Source of the DNA: Candidatus Dojkabacteria bacterium
GTDB taxonomy: Bacteria > Patescibacteriota > Dojkabacteria > SC72 > JAFGCJ01
DNA: 64,000 bases
Direction of reading: 5' to 3'
Assembly: GCA_016932785.1 (NCBI GenBank)
Contig: JAFGCJ010000003.1
Coordinates: 40,971 to 104,970, forward strand
Both the position numbers and the translations under genes were made by a program. Every line of letters starts with the position of its first letter. Positions within the stretch are counted from its first letter, which is position 1. The notes under the pieces are model-generated. The model saw only the letters and a program-made list of their open reading frames with translations, had not been told where the DNA came from and ran no database searches. This document shows, in pieces, positions 63,981 to 64,000 of this stretch.

Positions 63981-64000
63981 GAATCTATATCCTAGCGATT

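Overview
Gene-dense (about 90% coding), AT-leaning window with most genes on the minus strand and the standard genetic code (TAA, TAG and TGA all end clearly real genes). The gene content looks like a chromosome segment from a small-genome, Patescibacteria/CPR-like bacterium; that placement is inference, because all family calls come from by-eye motif recognition with no database search. Housekeeping content: groES-groEL, lepB, murJ, comF-like, a SUF Fe-S cluster (sufCBD, sufS, sufU), hsp20, UDP-glucose dehydrogenase, alr, greA, rtcB plus archease, tRNA-Ser(GCU) and tRNA-Asn(GUU). Accessory or unusual content: (1) four tandem VirB2/TrbC-like pilin paralogs next to a UvrD-type helicase fused to a Cas4/AddB-type Fe-S nuclease; (2) a BrnT/BrnA toxin-antitoxin pair with a near-consensus, apparently leaderless promoter and a palindromic operator; (3) two ECF-sigma genes, each translationally coupled to a single-pass membrane protein with a large ectodomain. 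One of these is a 1823-aa alpha-2-macroglobulin-like protein that appears to lack the thioester, and I rank this sigma-A2M pairing as the most interesting candidate system; (4) a nucleic-acid repair/processing patch (SprT-like protease, stand-alone LigD-Pol-type primase-polymerase, XRE regulator, RNHCP, NYN RNase, 2H phosphoesterase); (5) a PspC plus two toastrack/LiaF-like proteins plus an atypical winged-helix regulator (envelope-stress cluster); (6) a chorismate mutase - DAHP synthase - TyrA::PheA fusion cluster; (7) non-coding structure: matched TTGACA-N16/17-TATAAT-like promoters followed by TTAGCA-N15-TGCTA CIRCE-like operators in front of groES and hsp20, a tandemly duplicated ~100-nt hairpin element, a GC-rich ~30-bp inverted repeat pair upstream of sufC, and 11-bp-phased TGACA direct repeats. 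No rRNA, CRISPR array, transposase or integrase was seen.
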